Source: Candidatus Yanofskybacteria bacterium (GTDB lineage Bacteria; Patescibacteriota; Minisyncoccia; 2-02-FULL-40-12; GWA2-44-9). Taken from it: 64,000 nucleotides of DNA. The stretch covers positions 6,919 to 70,918 of the forward strand of contig JADLBM010000016.1 of the NCBI GenBank assembly GCA_020847715.1, written 5' to 3'. The notes under the pieces are model-generated. The model worked only from the letters and a program-made list of their open reading frames with translations. It had not been told where the DNA came from and searched no databases. Positions within the stretch are counted from its first letter, which is position 1. Each line of letters starts with the position of its first letter. The position numbers were made by a program, and so were the translations under genes. This document shows, piece after piece, positions 9,351 to 18,676 of this stretch.

Positions 9351-10298
9351 CTACTTATCTCGAGCGATGGTCTCCGCAACAATCGCCGCAACCTCGTCGG
9401 GGCTCAGGCGCGAACTCGAACCGTCTTGATTCCGCGGAGATCCGCCGATGGAAGATCCACCGCCCCACCCGGGCTCCCTGTCATTCAGTGCGTGGAGAAT
9501 CGTTCCTTCTTTGCTTGCCGGTCCGACAGGAAAGTCTCCAACTATTTCGCTTTTCTTTCCCACCGTATATCTAAATGATCCGTCGGATAGTTCTTGGTAG
9601 GCGATTGCCCGAGTGTGGCCTGCGGCATAGAGTAAATCAAATACAAAATCATCGCTTTTTGCCATGATCCAACCCGTGCCCGTGTAAGTGATTTCAAATG
9701 TTCGCTCTTTTTCTTCTCGCGTAGCTAGGCCTTCGCCACGTCTCATTTTTTCAATAAGTTCGAGGGTGCCAGCGCTGCACTCTTCAAGAAGCTGCGTAAG
9801 GTCAGTTTCGCTGTATTTTTTCGAGCGGTGCAGATCGGAAACTCTTTTTAGTGGTCCTAAATAGAAAGCATCGGCTAGTTTCGGGTTCCTTGTTGGGTAT
9901 GCTGGTCCGTGTGCATCTACTTTGCCAACCACCTCGACAAGCTCCTGCACGACAGGGTCTCTGGCGAGTTCAGGATGCTTAAGTAAGACATAGGCCATAA
10001 CCGTATCTCCATCAATGTCGTTTATATAAACATTGCAACCGTCGGTTTCGAGTCCAAGTAAAAGCGCGTCTTTCACCTGCTCGCAGGTTGCGCTTGTGAC
10101 AAGACGAACACACTTGTCGTGGTGATCAAATGAAAATCGTTGGTTTCCTGCGTCGACTTCTGGACCCTCCACGGCTCCGTCAAGCGCAATACTCTTCGAT
10201 GGCAACTCTTCAAATTTCCAGACTTTGCCCCGTTCTATGTGCAATATTAAGCGCGGTCCTTTTTCGGCTTGATTATTAAATTGTTCTGATGTGTTCAT
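9351..10298 (-). CDS. Hypothetical protein (315 aa from ATG 10298; alternative start 10448) carrying FDHHD, NDIDGD and GWGGGS motifs
   Basis: Long ORF in the low-GC island. TAAAGT sits 7 nt upstream of ATG 10298. The motifs resemble DHH-phosphoesterase or nucleotidyltransferase signatures, but the assignment is unproven. Confidence 0.5.
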   Translation of the reverse strand: MNTSEQFNNQAEKGPRLILHIERGKVWKFEELPSKSIALDGAVEGPEVDAGNQRFSFDHHDKCVRLVTSATCEQVKDALLLGLETDGCNVYINDIDGDTVMAYVLLKHPELARDPVVQELVEVVGKVDAHGPAYPTRNPKLADAFYLGPLKRVSDLHRSKKYSETDLTQLLEECSAGTLELIEKMRRGEGLATREEKERTFEITYTGTGWIMAKSDDFVFDLLYAAGHTRAIAYQELSDGSFRYTVGKKSEIVGDFPVGPASKEGTILHALNDREPGWGGGSSIGGSPRNQDGSSSRLSPDEVAAIVAETIARDK

Positions 10299-10483
10299 GG
10301 AGCATACTTTACCCTCTCCTGCAAAAACCACAAGGCGGCTAAGCGGCCAATTATCCCGCCAGCAGCTTGTTCTCCACGCCGAACATGAGAGTTGACAAAT
10401 CCATAATTTGGTGTAAGTTGAATCCATCGCATCTCTGCAAGAGCCCACCGAGATTGAGCGGATAGCCCCTCATCGGCGAGCTC

Positions 10484-10672
10484 TTGGGGGACACGATGTA
10501 CTCTGACAGCGAGATCGCAGCAGTGCTCCGCGAAGAGACGCCCATCGTCACCAGCGTCGCGGAGCTCGCAGAACAGCCCGACATCCATTTCGAGGAGGTC
10601 AACGACTGCGCCCCAGGGTGCGTGCTCCATCCGGAGCGCAGCACCGCCGATCACGCCGTGCACGCTGAGTAG
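10484..10672 (+). CDS. Small acidic hypothetical protein (about 58-62 aa; TTG start at 10484 or ATG at 10496)
   Basis: ORF followed by two tandem intrinsic terminator hairpins. Confidence 0.3.
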   Translation: MGDTMYSDSEIAAVLREETPIVTSVAELAEQPDIHFEEVNDCAPGCVLHPERSTADHAVHAE

Positions 10673-10677
10673 TACCG

Positions 10678-10729
10678 CCTGTCGTCACAACGACAGGAAG
10701 GCGCCGATACCCATCGGCGCCTCTTTTAT
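10678..10729 (+). terminator. Tandem hairpins; the second is a canonical intrinsic terminator
   Basis: CCTGTCGT-CACA-ACGACAGG, then GGCGCCGAT-ACCC-ATCGGCGCC followed by TCTTTTAT. Confidence 0.65.
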
Positions 10730-10797
10730 ACACACCCTCAGGCATTGCACGCGCATGCGAAGTGCTATCATGCGCGTATCACACACCGCACGGAGGG

Positions 10798-11031
10798 ATG
10801 AAGCAACTCGAGAAACAAAAATCGCATTCGCATCCGGCACCGCTGCCGGAGTCATACCTCCTCTGCCACGAATGCGATGGCACGTGGGTTGATGGTCGCG
10901 CCGGAACATGTGCGCACTGCCCGCTCGATACCGCAAGTCAGGACTTTCATCTCTGTCTCCCGTGCGCGCTGAATGAAAAGCGCTGCCAGCATTGCGGGCA
11001 GGAGATGCCCGTGCGCATTTCGGTCTGCTAA
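10798..11031 (+). CDS. Small Cys-rich protein with four CxxC motifs (double zinc ribbon), 77 aa
   Basis: CHEC, CAHC, CLPC and CQHC motifs. GGAGGG directly upstream. The 9-bp inverted repeat ACGCGCATG...CATGCGCGT lies in its promoter region. Confidence 0.45.
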   Translation: MKQLEKQKSHSHPAPLPESYLLCHECDGTWVDGRAGTCAHCPLDTASQDFHLCLPCALNEKRCQHCGQEMPVRISVC

Positions 11032-11870
11032 CCTGCGCTCGCAGGACGCGTTGCAAGCGTCAGCACATTCTCGAGCACCGCCGCAACAACGAGCGGCCCC
11101 ATACCACCCGGGACAGGCGTGAGCGCCCCAGCGATCTTCGCAACCGAAGCAGCGTCAACATCACCCACATACGCGTTGCCCCGCTTTGCATACCCGAAAT
11201 CAAGCACGAGCGCCCCCTCCTTCACCCACGCGTCGGTAACAAGCCCCGGCACCCCCGCACCGGAAATAATAATGTCCGCTCCCCGTGCGAGAAGTTCCGG
11301 CTGCGGGGTGTCGACATCGATATCAATCACCTCCGCTCCCTGCTGACGGAACCACCGCGCGACCGGAATGCCGATCAATGCGCCCTGCCCCACCACGGCA
11401 ACGCGCGCACCCCGCACATCACGTCCGAGCGCCTGAAGAAGAGTCCGAACCGCCAACGCCGCGGGAGGAAGGATTGGCGAAACGCCATCGGCACATCTCT
11501 GCTCGCTTCGAGACGAAAGGAGATCAACATCTTTCTCTGAAGGAATGAGCGCACAAAATCCGGCGCGATCCCACCCCGTAGGCAGTGGAAGCTCAACGAA
11601 GATGCCGTGCACCTGCTCATCGGCGGCGAGATAGGCCAGCGTCTGCCGCGCACCGGCTTCGTCATCTGCGTCGAACACATATGTCGAGAACTGGATGCCG
11701 GCGGTATGTGCAGCTTTTTGCTTTAGCCGGACGAACGCACGAAGTCCAGGATCATCTCCAGCGACGATAGCCGCGAGATGGAGCGGTGCGCCTAATGCTT
11801 CGACCTGCTCTCGCAGGTCGCTCAGCAGTGCCTCTGCAATGGTCTTCCCCTGGATGATGGTCGCGCTCAT
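11028..11870 (-). CDS. folD: Methylenetetrahydrofolate dehydrogenase / methenyl-THF cyclohydrolase
   Basis: 280 aa with FolD motifs (YAKRGNAYVGDVD; PVPGGMGP). Confidence 0.9.
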   Translation of the reverse strand: MSATIIQGKTIAEALLSDLREQVEALGAPLHLAAIVAGDDPGLRAFVRLKQKAAHTAGIQFSTYVFDADDEAGARQTLAYLAADEQVHGIFVELPLPTGWDRAGFCALIPSEKDVDLLSSRSEQRCADGVSPILPPAALAVRTLLQALGRDVRGARVAVVGQGALIGIPVARWFRQQGAEVIDIDVDTPQPELLARGADIIISGAGVPGLVTDAWVKEGALVLDFGYAKRGNAYVGDVDAASVAKIAGALTPVPGGMGPLVVAAVLENVLTLATRPASAG

Positions 11871-11884
11871 GGCGAAAGTATTGG

Positions 11885-12517
11885 TTAGAGATATGCGAGA
11901 ATTTTATCGGCACGGACGGCTCCCTGCCGCAGAATACGCGGGACCCGACCGGACAAGTCTACCACGGTCGATGGGAGAGAATCAGGCAACACCCCCGCAT
12001 CAAGGATCATGTCCGGTTGCGGCGCTGCCCGCTCGAAGGCCGCGCGAATCGCGGGCGCATCATTCGTGGGCTCGGTTCCCGCTGCATTCGCGGATGTACC
12101 AGCGAGTGGGTAGCCGAGGTGACGCAAGAGCATCTGCACGAATGCGTGCTCCGGCGCTCGGATACCGACGGTCTGTCCTCCCCCGCTCATAATAGCCGGA
12201 ACGATAGGCCGGCGCGGAAGAACGAAGGTAACCTTCCCAGGCCAGAACCGCGCGATGAGCGACTCCTGCTCCGGCGTAATATATGCGAGCTCCCGAGCCC
12301 ACGAAATGTCCCGCACAAGCATCGGGAGCGCCTTCACATAGCTTCGATGCTTGATATCGAACACTCGCCCCACCGCCGCGGCATCAAGCGCGTTACATCC
12401 CAGCCCATAGAGCGTGTCGGTCGGATACACTGCCGTCCCGCCACGACGCAACACCGAGACTGCGCGCTCGACGGCGGGCATCATATCTCCGGCAAGATCG
12501 AGTGAGAGTGTTTGCAT
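11885..12517 (-). CDS. tsaC: L-threonylcarbamoyladenylate synthase (YrdC/Sua5 family)
   Basis: YPTDTLYGLGCNA and related YrdC motifs. 210 aa. Confidence 0.85.
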   Translation of the reverse strand: MQTLSLDLAGDMMPAVERAVSVLRRGGTAVYPTDTLYGLGCNALDAAAVGRVFDIKHRSYVKALPMLVRDISWARELAYITPEQESLIARFWPGKVTFVLPRRPIVPAIMSGGGQTVGIRAPEHAFVQMLLRHLGYPLAGTSANAAGTEPTNDAPAIRAAFERAAPQPDMILDAGVLPDSLPSTVVDLSGRVPRILRQGAVRADKILAYL

Positions 12518-12568
12518 GCAGCCCGATGAAGCGCAAGGAGCCCTTGCGGGCTCCTTGGGTCGTTCTCG

Positions 12569-12856
12569 CTATTTCGACTCTTCCTTTTTCTTCTTCGGCT
12601 TCCAGCTTTCCATTTTCGGACGGTCCCACACCTTGTGGTTGACCATCAGGTTGTTGACGGTCGGACTCACCTGCGCCCCCTTAGACATCCAGTATTCGAT
12701 CCGCTCGCGATCGGCCTTGAACGCCTTGGCATGCGGGTCGTAGGTGCCCAAGAGCTCCAGGTACTGGCCCTGGGGTTTCTTGGTGTGCTCCATGACCGCG
12801 ATGCGGAAATGGGCCTGCTTTTTCTTACCGATACGCTGCAGACGAATCTTCAACAT
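12569..12856 (-). CDS. rpsP: 30S ribosomal protein S16
   Basis: MLKIRLQRIGKKKQAHFRIAV... TTGCAA-N17-TAGGAT sits 8 nt upstream of the ATG. Confidence 0.9.
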   Translation of the reverse strand: MLKIRLQRIGKKKQAHFRIAVMEHTKKPQGQYLELLGTYDPHAKAFKADRERIEYWMSKGAQVSPTVNNLMVNHKVWDRPKMESWKPKKKKEESK

Positions 12857-12897
12857 AGTGCATTATCCTACCAGATATGCGCATTTCTTGCAAGTAT

Positions 12898-12925
12898 TTG
12901 ACATTCCTGCATTTAAAAGTATAAT
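12898..12925 (+). promoter_or_regulatory. Near-consensus sigma70-type promoter (TTGACA-N16-TATAAT) driving the small ORF at 12945
   Basis: TTGACA at 12898-12903, TATAAT at 12920-12925. SD GGAGGTG at 12932-12938 lies 6 nt before the ATG. Confidence 0.6.
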
Positions 12926-12944
12926 AAATACGGAGGTGCGAGCA

Positions 12945-13268
12945 ATGTTCGTGTTCAAGCCGGTCGTCCCAGACCTCTCAACGCTCGCCAAGACCATCGG
13001 TGGGCGCATCGAGGTCACCAAGACGCGCACGGGATCGGGCAAGGATCGCTGGATTGCCCGGGTTGTTGGACCAGACGACTGTCATGTCGGCTTCCGATTC
13101 GACGGGAGAAACGCGCAGCTCGGCGTGTTCTCTCCATCGGTAACTGCTCCCACGGCACCGCTCGCGCGGCTCCGCCTTGCGCGACTCCTGTCGCGTCGCA
13201 CATTCGTGATCCGAGAACCTCAGGCCGGGAGAGAGCACTACCTTCCACTGGGGTGCATCCGCCCCTAG
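12945..13268 (+). CDS. Hypothetical protein (107 aa) with strong promoter, SD and terminator
   Basis: MFVFKPVVPDLSTLAKTIGGRIEV... The expression signals are unusually canonical for this window. Confidence 0.55.
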   Translation: MFVFKPVVPDLSTLAKTIGGRIEVTKTRTGSGKDRWIARVVGPDDCHVGFRFDGRNAQLGVFSPSVTAPTAPLARLRLARLLSRRTFVIREPQAGREHYLPLGCIRP

Positions 13269-13282
13269 TCATCCCGCCTTAT

Positions 13283-13310
13283 CGCCGCCCCTCGGGCGGC
13301 GTTCTTTTTA
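13283..13310 (+). terminator. Bidirectional intrinsic terminator between the small ORF and rnc
   Basis: CGCCGCCC-CTC-GGGCGGCG followed by TTCTTTTTA. Confidence 0.7.
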
Positions 13311-14012
13311 TCTTCCTCCCCACTTCTTGTTCTGCAGAGCATCCTCGGCGGCCGCCTGCTGCGCATCCTGCTTGCTCTGCCCCTGCCCCTCTCCGGCGAG
13401 TTCCTTGCCAAGATACACGCCAATCTTGAACTGACGGGCATGGTCAGGCCCCCACTCTTCCATCACATGATAGGTCGGAGTCACGCTGATGCGCTCTTGT
13501 GCCTCCTCCTGCAGGAGCGACTTCGGGTCGCGGTACAATTTCTTGCTGATAATGTCCGGCAAATGCGTGAGCACAAAGCGGCCGATGAACTCCTTGCACG
13601 CCGAGTACCCGCCATCCAAATACATAGCCCCGATAAGTGCCTCAATAGCATTTGCGAGGATGTATTGCCGAGCACGGCCCGTATCCCGCGCCTCACCACG
13701 CGAAAGCAACATGTGGGCATTCAGATCGAAGTCGTTCGTGATACCCGAAAGCATCGTGGCATTCACGAGCGCGGCGCGCCAATTCGTCATTTCCCCCTCC
13801 GGTGTCGAAGGATAGTGCTCGTAGAGATATTCCGTGACAACCAGCTCGAGCACGGCGTCGCCGAGGAATTCAAGACGCTCATTGTGCCCGACCGGCCAAT
13901 CAGGATGCTCGTTGAGGTACGACCGATGCGTCACCGCATGCCGCAGGAGCGACTGATCCTTGAATGTATATCCGATGCGCTCCTGAAGGAGCGCGAGATC
14001 CTGACTCGACAT
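13308..14012 (-). CDS. rnc: Ribonuclease III
   Basis: ERLEFLGDAVLEL signature. Start taken at MSSQDLALLQ. Confidence 0.9.
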   Translation of the reverse strand: MSSQDLALLQERIGYTFKDQSLLRHAVTHRSYLNEHPDWPVGHNERLEFLGDAVLELVVTEYLYEHYPSTPEGEMTNWRAALVNATMLSGITNDFDLNAHMLLSRGEARDTGRARQYILANAIEALIGAMYLDGGYSACKEFIGRFVLTHLPDIISKKLYRDPKSLLQEEAQERISVTPTYHVMEEWGPDHARQFKIGVYLGKELAGEGQGQSKQDAQQAAAEDALQNKKWGGR

Positions 14013-14086
14013 CCCGCGATGCCCAGCCACACATCACGCACGGCGGCAGCGCCACCATGCTTGGTCTATGGCCAAGGTAGTTATGA

Positions 14087-14569
14087 TTACTCACCCTTCA
14101 CTTCCTCCTCGATTCCCTCTCTATGGGCAGGGGCATCGTCCTTGCCCGGCTCACCCATCTCTTTATAAATGGTCCCCAGCACGCCATTGATGAAACGACC
14201 ACTCGACTCACCCCCGAACGATTTCGCAAGCTCGATCGCTTCGTTGATGGCGACCTTCGGAGGCACCGCCGCACGATCGCCCCACATCAGCTCGTACAGC
14301 CCGAGGCGAAGAACATTGCGGTCCACCATCGCAATTTGGTCGATGGGCCACTGCGGTGCGGCGCGCTCGATGATGCGGTCGATCTCGTCGATGTGCTCGA
14401 GCGTGCCTTTCACCAGCTGGACGATGAACTCAGGCTCCTCGAGACCGCTCCCGAACTCGGCAATCGTGTGCTGCAAGATGTCTGGCAACAGCTCATCCTT
14501 CCGCCCTTTGAAGTCCCACTCGTAGAGGGACTGCATGGCGACTGAACGTGCGAGATGTCGTGAGGCCAA
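14087..14569 (-). CDS. nusB: Transcription antitermination factor NusB
   Basis: 160 aa NusB fold sequence. Confidence 0.85.
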   Translation of the reverse strand: MASRHLARSVAMQSLYEWDFKGRKDELLPDILQHTIAEFGSGLEEPEFIVQLVKGTLEHIDEIDRIIERAAPQWPIDQIAMVDRNVLRLGLYELMWGDRAAVPPKVAINEAIELAKSFGGESSGRFINGVLGTIYKEMGEPGKDDAPAHREGIEEEVKGE

Positions 14570-14599
14570 GGAACGAGAGCTTATTCCCTACTCCTGCAA

Positions 14600-14821
14600 C
14601 TATTTCTGCTGCTGCTTCTTCTTTTCCGCCTTCTTCATGGTACGAGCAAGCACATTGACCACCTCGCGGCCCTTGTAGTATCCGCAGTGCTTGCACACGG
14701 TGTGCGGCTTGATCATCTTCTTACACTGACCGCAGGCAACGAACGCCTGCTTCTTCAGCGCCAAGTGGCTGCGCCGACGCAGCTGCTTCCCTTTGGCCAT
14801 GTGGTGTCGTGGAACGCCCAT
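14600..14821 (-). CDS. rpmF: 50S ribosomal protein L32
   Basis: RRRSHLALKK...CGQC...CKHCGYYKG zinc ribbon. The longer upstream extension is rejected. Confidence 0.75.
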   Translation of the reverse strand: MGVPRHHMAKGKQLRRRSHLALKKQAFVACGQCKKMIKPHTVCKHCGYYKGREVVNVLARTMKKAEKKKQQQK

Positions 14822-15058
14822 AGTGGATAATAGATAAGGTGAACGCCGAATACGCGGCTTTCGTAGAGGCAAGAATATCACAAAAGACACCGAGGCGCAA
14901 GCGCTTGCAAAAAGCCCGAAAAATGGCACAAAAATATCAACATTGAGGACTGCGAGGCATAAGACTACAATGCCCCCATGGACCGCCGCCCCTGCCATCT
15001 TCATGCGCCTCCCCAAAGGGCGCTTTTAATTCCCGAAACCCGATAAACTGCCCCCGCT

Positions 15059-18000
15059 ATGCGCTTCGTCCACCTCCACACCCATTCACACTACTCGCTC
15101 CTCGACGGCCTCTCGAAGGTCGATGCGTTGGTGCGCCGAGCAAAAGAGCACGGTATGGACGCCATGGCGATTACCGACCACGGGGTCCTGTATGGTGCAA
15201 TCGAATTCTATAAGAAGGCGACGAAGGCCGGCGTTAAACCGATCATCGGATGCGAAATGTACATCACCGACGGGTCACGCCACGACAAGCGCCCCGGCAT
15301 CGACGCGGATAAACGCTGGCACCTCATCCTCCTCGCCGAAAACGAAACTGGGTACCGCAATCTCGTGAAACTTGTTACTGCAGCACACCTCGAAGGGTTC
15401 TACTACAAGCCACGCATCGACAAAGAGCTTCTCCGTGCGAACCACGATGGCCTCATCGCACTGTCGTCATGCCTTGGCGGAGAGGTCTCGCAAGCACTCC
15501 TGTCGGGCAACGTTGAAAAAGCGAAACAGATTGCCACTGAGTACCGAGCGATTATGGGTGCAGGAAACTATTTTATCGAGCTCCAGCAACACACCAACAT
15601 GCCAGAGCAGAACGAGATGACCCCAAAACTCGTCGCGCTTGCGCGAGAGCTTGGCATCCCGCTCGTCGCAACCCAAGACTCCCACTACTGCACCGCGGAA
15701 GACGCACGAGCGCACGACATCCTCCTCGCCGTTCAGACCGGAAATACCATCCACGACGAGAAACGGTTCACGATGAACCAAGATGATTTCTCATTCTGCT
15801 CCGGCGAGTCGATGCATGAAAAATTCGCTCCCCTTCCGGCCGATGTCGTCGAAGAGGCGTTCGCGAATACCGGAGCCATCGCGGATCGCTGCAATCTGAC
15901 GCTCGAACTGGGAAAGCTCCAGCTCCCCCACTTTCCCCTTCCCGAGGGGCACGAGGATCCGTTCGAATACCTGCGCACACTTGCCTATCAGGGGCTCGAA
16001 CGGCGATTCGGTGCAACACCGGACCCCTCGGTACGCGAGCGGCTCGAGTACGAGCTTGGCGTTATTCGCGAGACAGGATTCTCGGGGTACTTTCTCATCG
16101 TGCAGGATTTCGTGAACTGGGCAAAAGGCCAGGGCATCTTTGTAGGCCCCGGACGCGGCTCCGCTGCCGGATCGCTCCTCTCCTACCTCCTGAATATAAC
16201 GAATGTCGACCCACTGAAGTACAACCTTCTGTTCGAGCGATTCCTCAATCCGGCCCGTATCAGTATGCCGGATATCGACCTCGACTTTGCCGATGCGCGT
16301 CGTGGTGAGGTGCTGAAATATGTTGCCGACAAATACGGCCATGACCACGTTGCTCAGATCATCACATTCGGCACCATGGCGGCTCGCGGCAGCATCCGCG
16401 ACGCAGGACGCGCGCTCGGATACACCTACGAGTTCTGCGATCGCGTCGCGAAGGCTATTCCCGGTGGTCCGGTCCCCGACTATCCCGGCAAACGCGACGG
16501 AAAGTCGTTCTTGGAGCACTGCGCGGAAACCATCGATGAGGTGAAGAGCATGTACCAGAGCGATCCGCAGGTAAAAGCACTCATCGATGCCGCCAGCAAA
16601 CTGGAAGGCGTTGCCCGACACGCATCCACCCATGCCTGCGCGGTCGTGATCACGCCAAAACCCCTCACAGAATACGTGCCGCTCCAGCAGGGCACCCACG
16701 AGAACGACATCATCACCCAGTACGAGATGCATGCGGTCGAGGACCTCGGCCTTCTGAAAATGGACTTCCTCGGCCTTGCAAACCTGACCATCATCGAGGA
16801 CACCCTCACCATGGTCAAGGAAAACCACGGCATCGACATCAATATCGACGCCATCCCCCTCGACGACGCAAAAACCTTCAAGCTCCTGCAGACTGCGCAA
16901 ACGACCGGCGTGTTCCAGCTGGAATCGTCGGGCATGAAGCGCTACCTCAAAGAGCTGAAACCGACCGACGTGGAAGATATTATCGCCATGGTCGCGCTGT
17001 ACCGTCCGGGTCCGATGGACCTTATCCCTGATTATGTCGAACGCAAGCATGGGCGAGCGCGTGTGGAATACCTCCACCCCGCACTGGAACCCATCATGAA
17101 AACGACCTATGGCGTCATGGTCTACCAAGAGCAGCTCATGGCGGCGGTGCGCGCACTGGCAGGATTCTCTCTTGCCGAAGCGGATGTGATGAGAAAAGCG
17201 GTCGGAAAGAAAATCAAATCACTGCTCGACGAGCAGGAAGGAAAGTTCAAAGACGGTTGCGCAAAGAGCGGCACGCCGAAAGTGGTCGCGGACAAGTTCT
17301 GGGAACTGGTCGAACCATTCAACCGATACGCCTTCAACCGCAGTCACGCCGCGTGCTACGCCATGGTGGCCTACCAGACCGCTTACCTGAAGGCGAACTA
17401 TCCCAGCGAGTTCATGGCTGCGTTCATGAACTCGGAAACTGGCGACATCGAACGCATCGCATTCCTTGTCGATGAAGCACGGCAGATGGGCATCCAAGTC
17501 CTCCCGCCGGACGTGAACGAAAGCTTCGAGCGGTTCACCGTCGTCACCGCGTCGCAGGAAGGAGCGCCTCCCGCTCCGGCGCTCCGGTTCGGACTCACCG
17601 CGGTCAAGAATGTCGGACTCGCCATCGTCACCGCCATCATCAACGAGCGCCGCGCGAACGGGCCGTTCGCATCCATCGAGGATCTCATCGCCCGCGTACA
17701 GCACAAGGATATGACCCGCAAGGCGCTCGAGACGCTGGCAAAGTGCGGCGCATGCGACCACTTCGGAGAGCGCAACACCCTCATCGCAAACATCGACACC
17801 CTCATCGTTCATGCGCGGGAGAAACAGAAGCACTCCACGATGGGCCAAGTCTCGCTCTTCGGAGAAGCACTCGAAGCCGAGCTCCCACCGGTGAAGCTTA
17901 CTCCCGCATCCGAGCCGGCGAGCAAGGCGGACCGGCTCCGCTGGGAAAAGGAGCTCATCGGACTCTATGTGAGCGAGCATCCGCTGAGCGACTACCAAGC

Positions 18001-18310
18001 CCGCCTTACGCTTGAGCGCACCACCCCCATCAAAGACCTCCGCCCCATCCCCGGCCAGCAAGCAAAGATTGCGGGACTCGTCGTGAGCAACCACAAGATC
18101 ATCACGAAGACCGGCAAGCAGATGCTCTTTTCGACTATCGAGGACCTCACTGCAAAAATCGAGGTTGTCGTGTTTCCGTCGGTGCTCGAGAAGACCCCCA
18201 ACGCATGGGCGGCAAATACCGTGGTTGTGCTCCAAGGAAAACTCGACAACCGCGACGGCAACCTCAAGCTCCTCTGCGATACCGCAAAGCCAATCGCCAT
18301 CGTTGCATAA
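15059..18310 (+). CDS. dnaE: DNA polymerase III alpha subunit (PHP + polymerase core + OB), 1083 aa
   Basis: MRFVHLHTHSHYSLLDG is the PHP N-terminus. Full-length ORF. Confidence 0.95.
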   Translation: MRFVHLHTHSHYSLLDGLSKVDALVRRAKEHGMDAMAITDHGVLYGAIEFYKKATKAGVKPIIGCEMYITDGSRHDKRPGIDADKRWHLILLAENETGYRNLVKLVTAAHLEGFYYKPRIDKELLRANHDGLIALSSCLGGEVSQALLSGNVEKAKQIATEYRAIMGAGNYFIELQQHTNMPEQNEMTPKLVALARELGIPLVATQDSHYCTAEDARAHDILLAVQTGNTIHDEKRFTMNQDDFSFCSGESMHEKFAPLPADVVEEAFANTGAIADRCNLTLELGKLQLPHFPLPEGHEDPFEYLRTLAYQGLERRFGATPDPSVRERLEYELGVIRETGFSGYFLIVQDFVNWAKGQGIFVGPGRGSAAGSLLSYLLNITNVDPLKYNLLFERFLNPARISMPDIDLDFADARRGEVLKYVADKYGHDHVAQIITFGTMAARGSIRDAGRALGYTYEFCDRVAKAIPGGPVPDYPGKRDGKSFLEHCAETIDEVKSMYQSDPQVKALIDAASKLEGVARHASTHACAVVITPKPLTEYVPLQQGTHENDIITQYEMHAVEDLGLLKMDFLGLANLTIIEDTLTMVKENHGIDINIDAIPLDDAKTFKLLQTAQTTGVFQLESSGMKRYLKELKPTDVEDIIAMVALYRPGPMDLIPDYVERKHGRARVEYLHPALEPIMKTTYGVMVYQEQLMAAVRALAGFSLAEADVMRKAVGKKIKSLLDEQEGKFKDGCAKSGTPKVVADKFWELVEPFNRYAFNRSHAACYAMVAYQTAYLKANYPSEFMAAFMNSETGDIERIAFLVDEARQMGIQVLPPDVNESFERFTVVTASQEGAPPAPALRFGLTAVKNVGLAIVTAIINERRANGPFASIEDLIARVQHKDMTRKALETLAKCGACDHFGERNTLIANIDTLIVHAREKQKHSTMGQVSLFGEALEAELPPVKLTPASEPASKADRLRWEKELIGLYVSEHPLSDYQARLTLERTTPIKDLRPIPGQQAKIAGLVVSNHKIITKTGKQMLFSTIEDLTAKIEVVVFPSVLEKTPNAWAANTVVVLQGKLDNRDGNLKLLCDTAKPIAIVA

Positions 18311-18334
18311 AAACCCCCGGAGTGTTCCGGGGGT
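18309..18334. terminator. Bidirectional terminator hairpin between dnaE and the convergent small gene
   Basis: AAAAA-CCCCCGGA-GTGT-TCCGGGGG. Confidence 0.65.
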
Positions 18335-18337
18335 AAC

Positions 18338-18607
18338 CTAGTTGCCCAACGCCCTCCGAACGGTCTTGAACGCCAGATCAAGGACGAGGTACGCGAACCG
18401 CACCTCGTCGGCCGCATCGGGGTCCTGCTCCGCAGCGACACGCATCGCCTCAGACAGGTTCCCGTGAAGTCGCTCGAGCGCCTCCCGATCCGAGAGGCCC
18501 GCGTTTTCACTCGTCATCCCCGCGACCGCCTTCCGGACATTCCCGACGGTCTCTCCAATGATAGCAAGCACCGCCGCGTCGACCTCAGGATCGCTTTCTT
18601 CGGCCAT
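18338..18607 (-). CDS. Hypothetical protein (~89 aa)
   Basis: ORF with its own terminator. Divergent from thrS. Confidence 0.35.
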   Translation of the reverse strand: MAEESDPEVDAAVLAIIGETVGNVRKAVAGMTSENAGLSDREALERLHGNLSEAMRVAAEQDPDAADEVRFAYLVLDLAFKTVRRALGN

Positions 18608-18676
18608 AGACACCTCCGCGTGACTCCAGTGAATAGCATCTTCATTTTCTTGTCCAGTTCTGGTATCGTTGCGCGT

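Noticed and set aside
10685-11056. 123-aa minus-strand ORF opposite the Cys-rich mini-protein gene
   Set aside because: It overlaps the plus-strand zinc-ribbon ORF and the folD 3' end. Its translation is Arg/Ala-rich without features.
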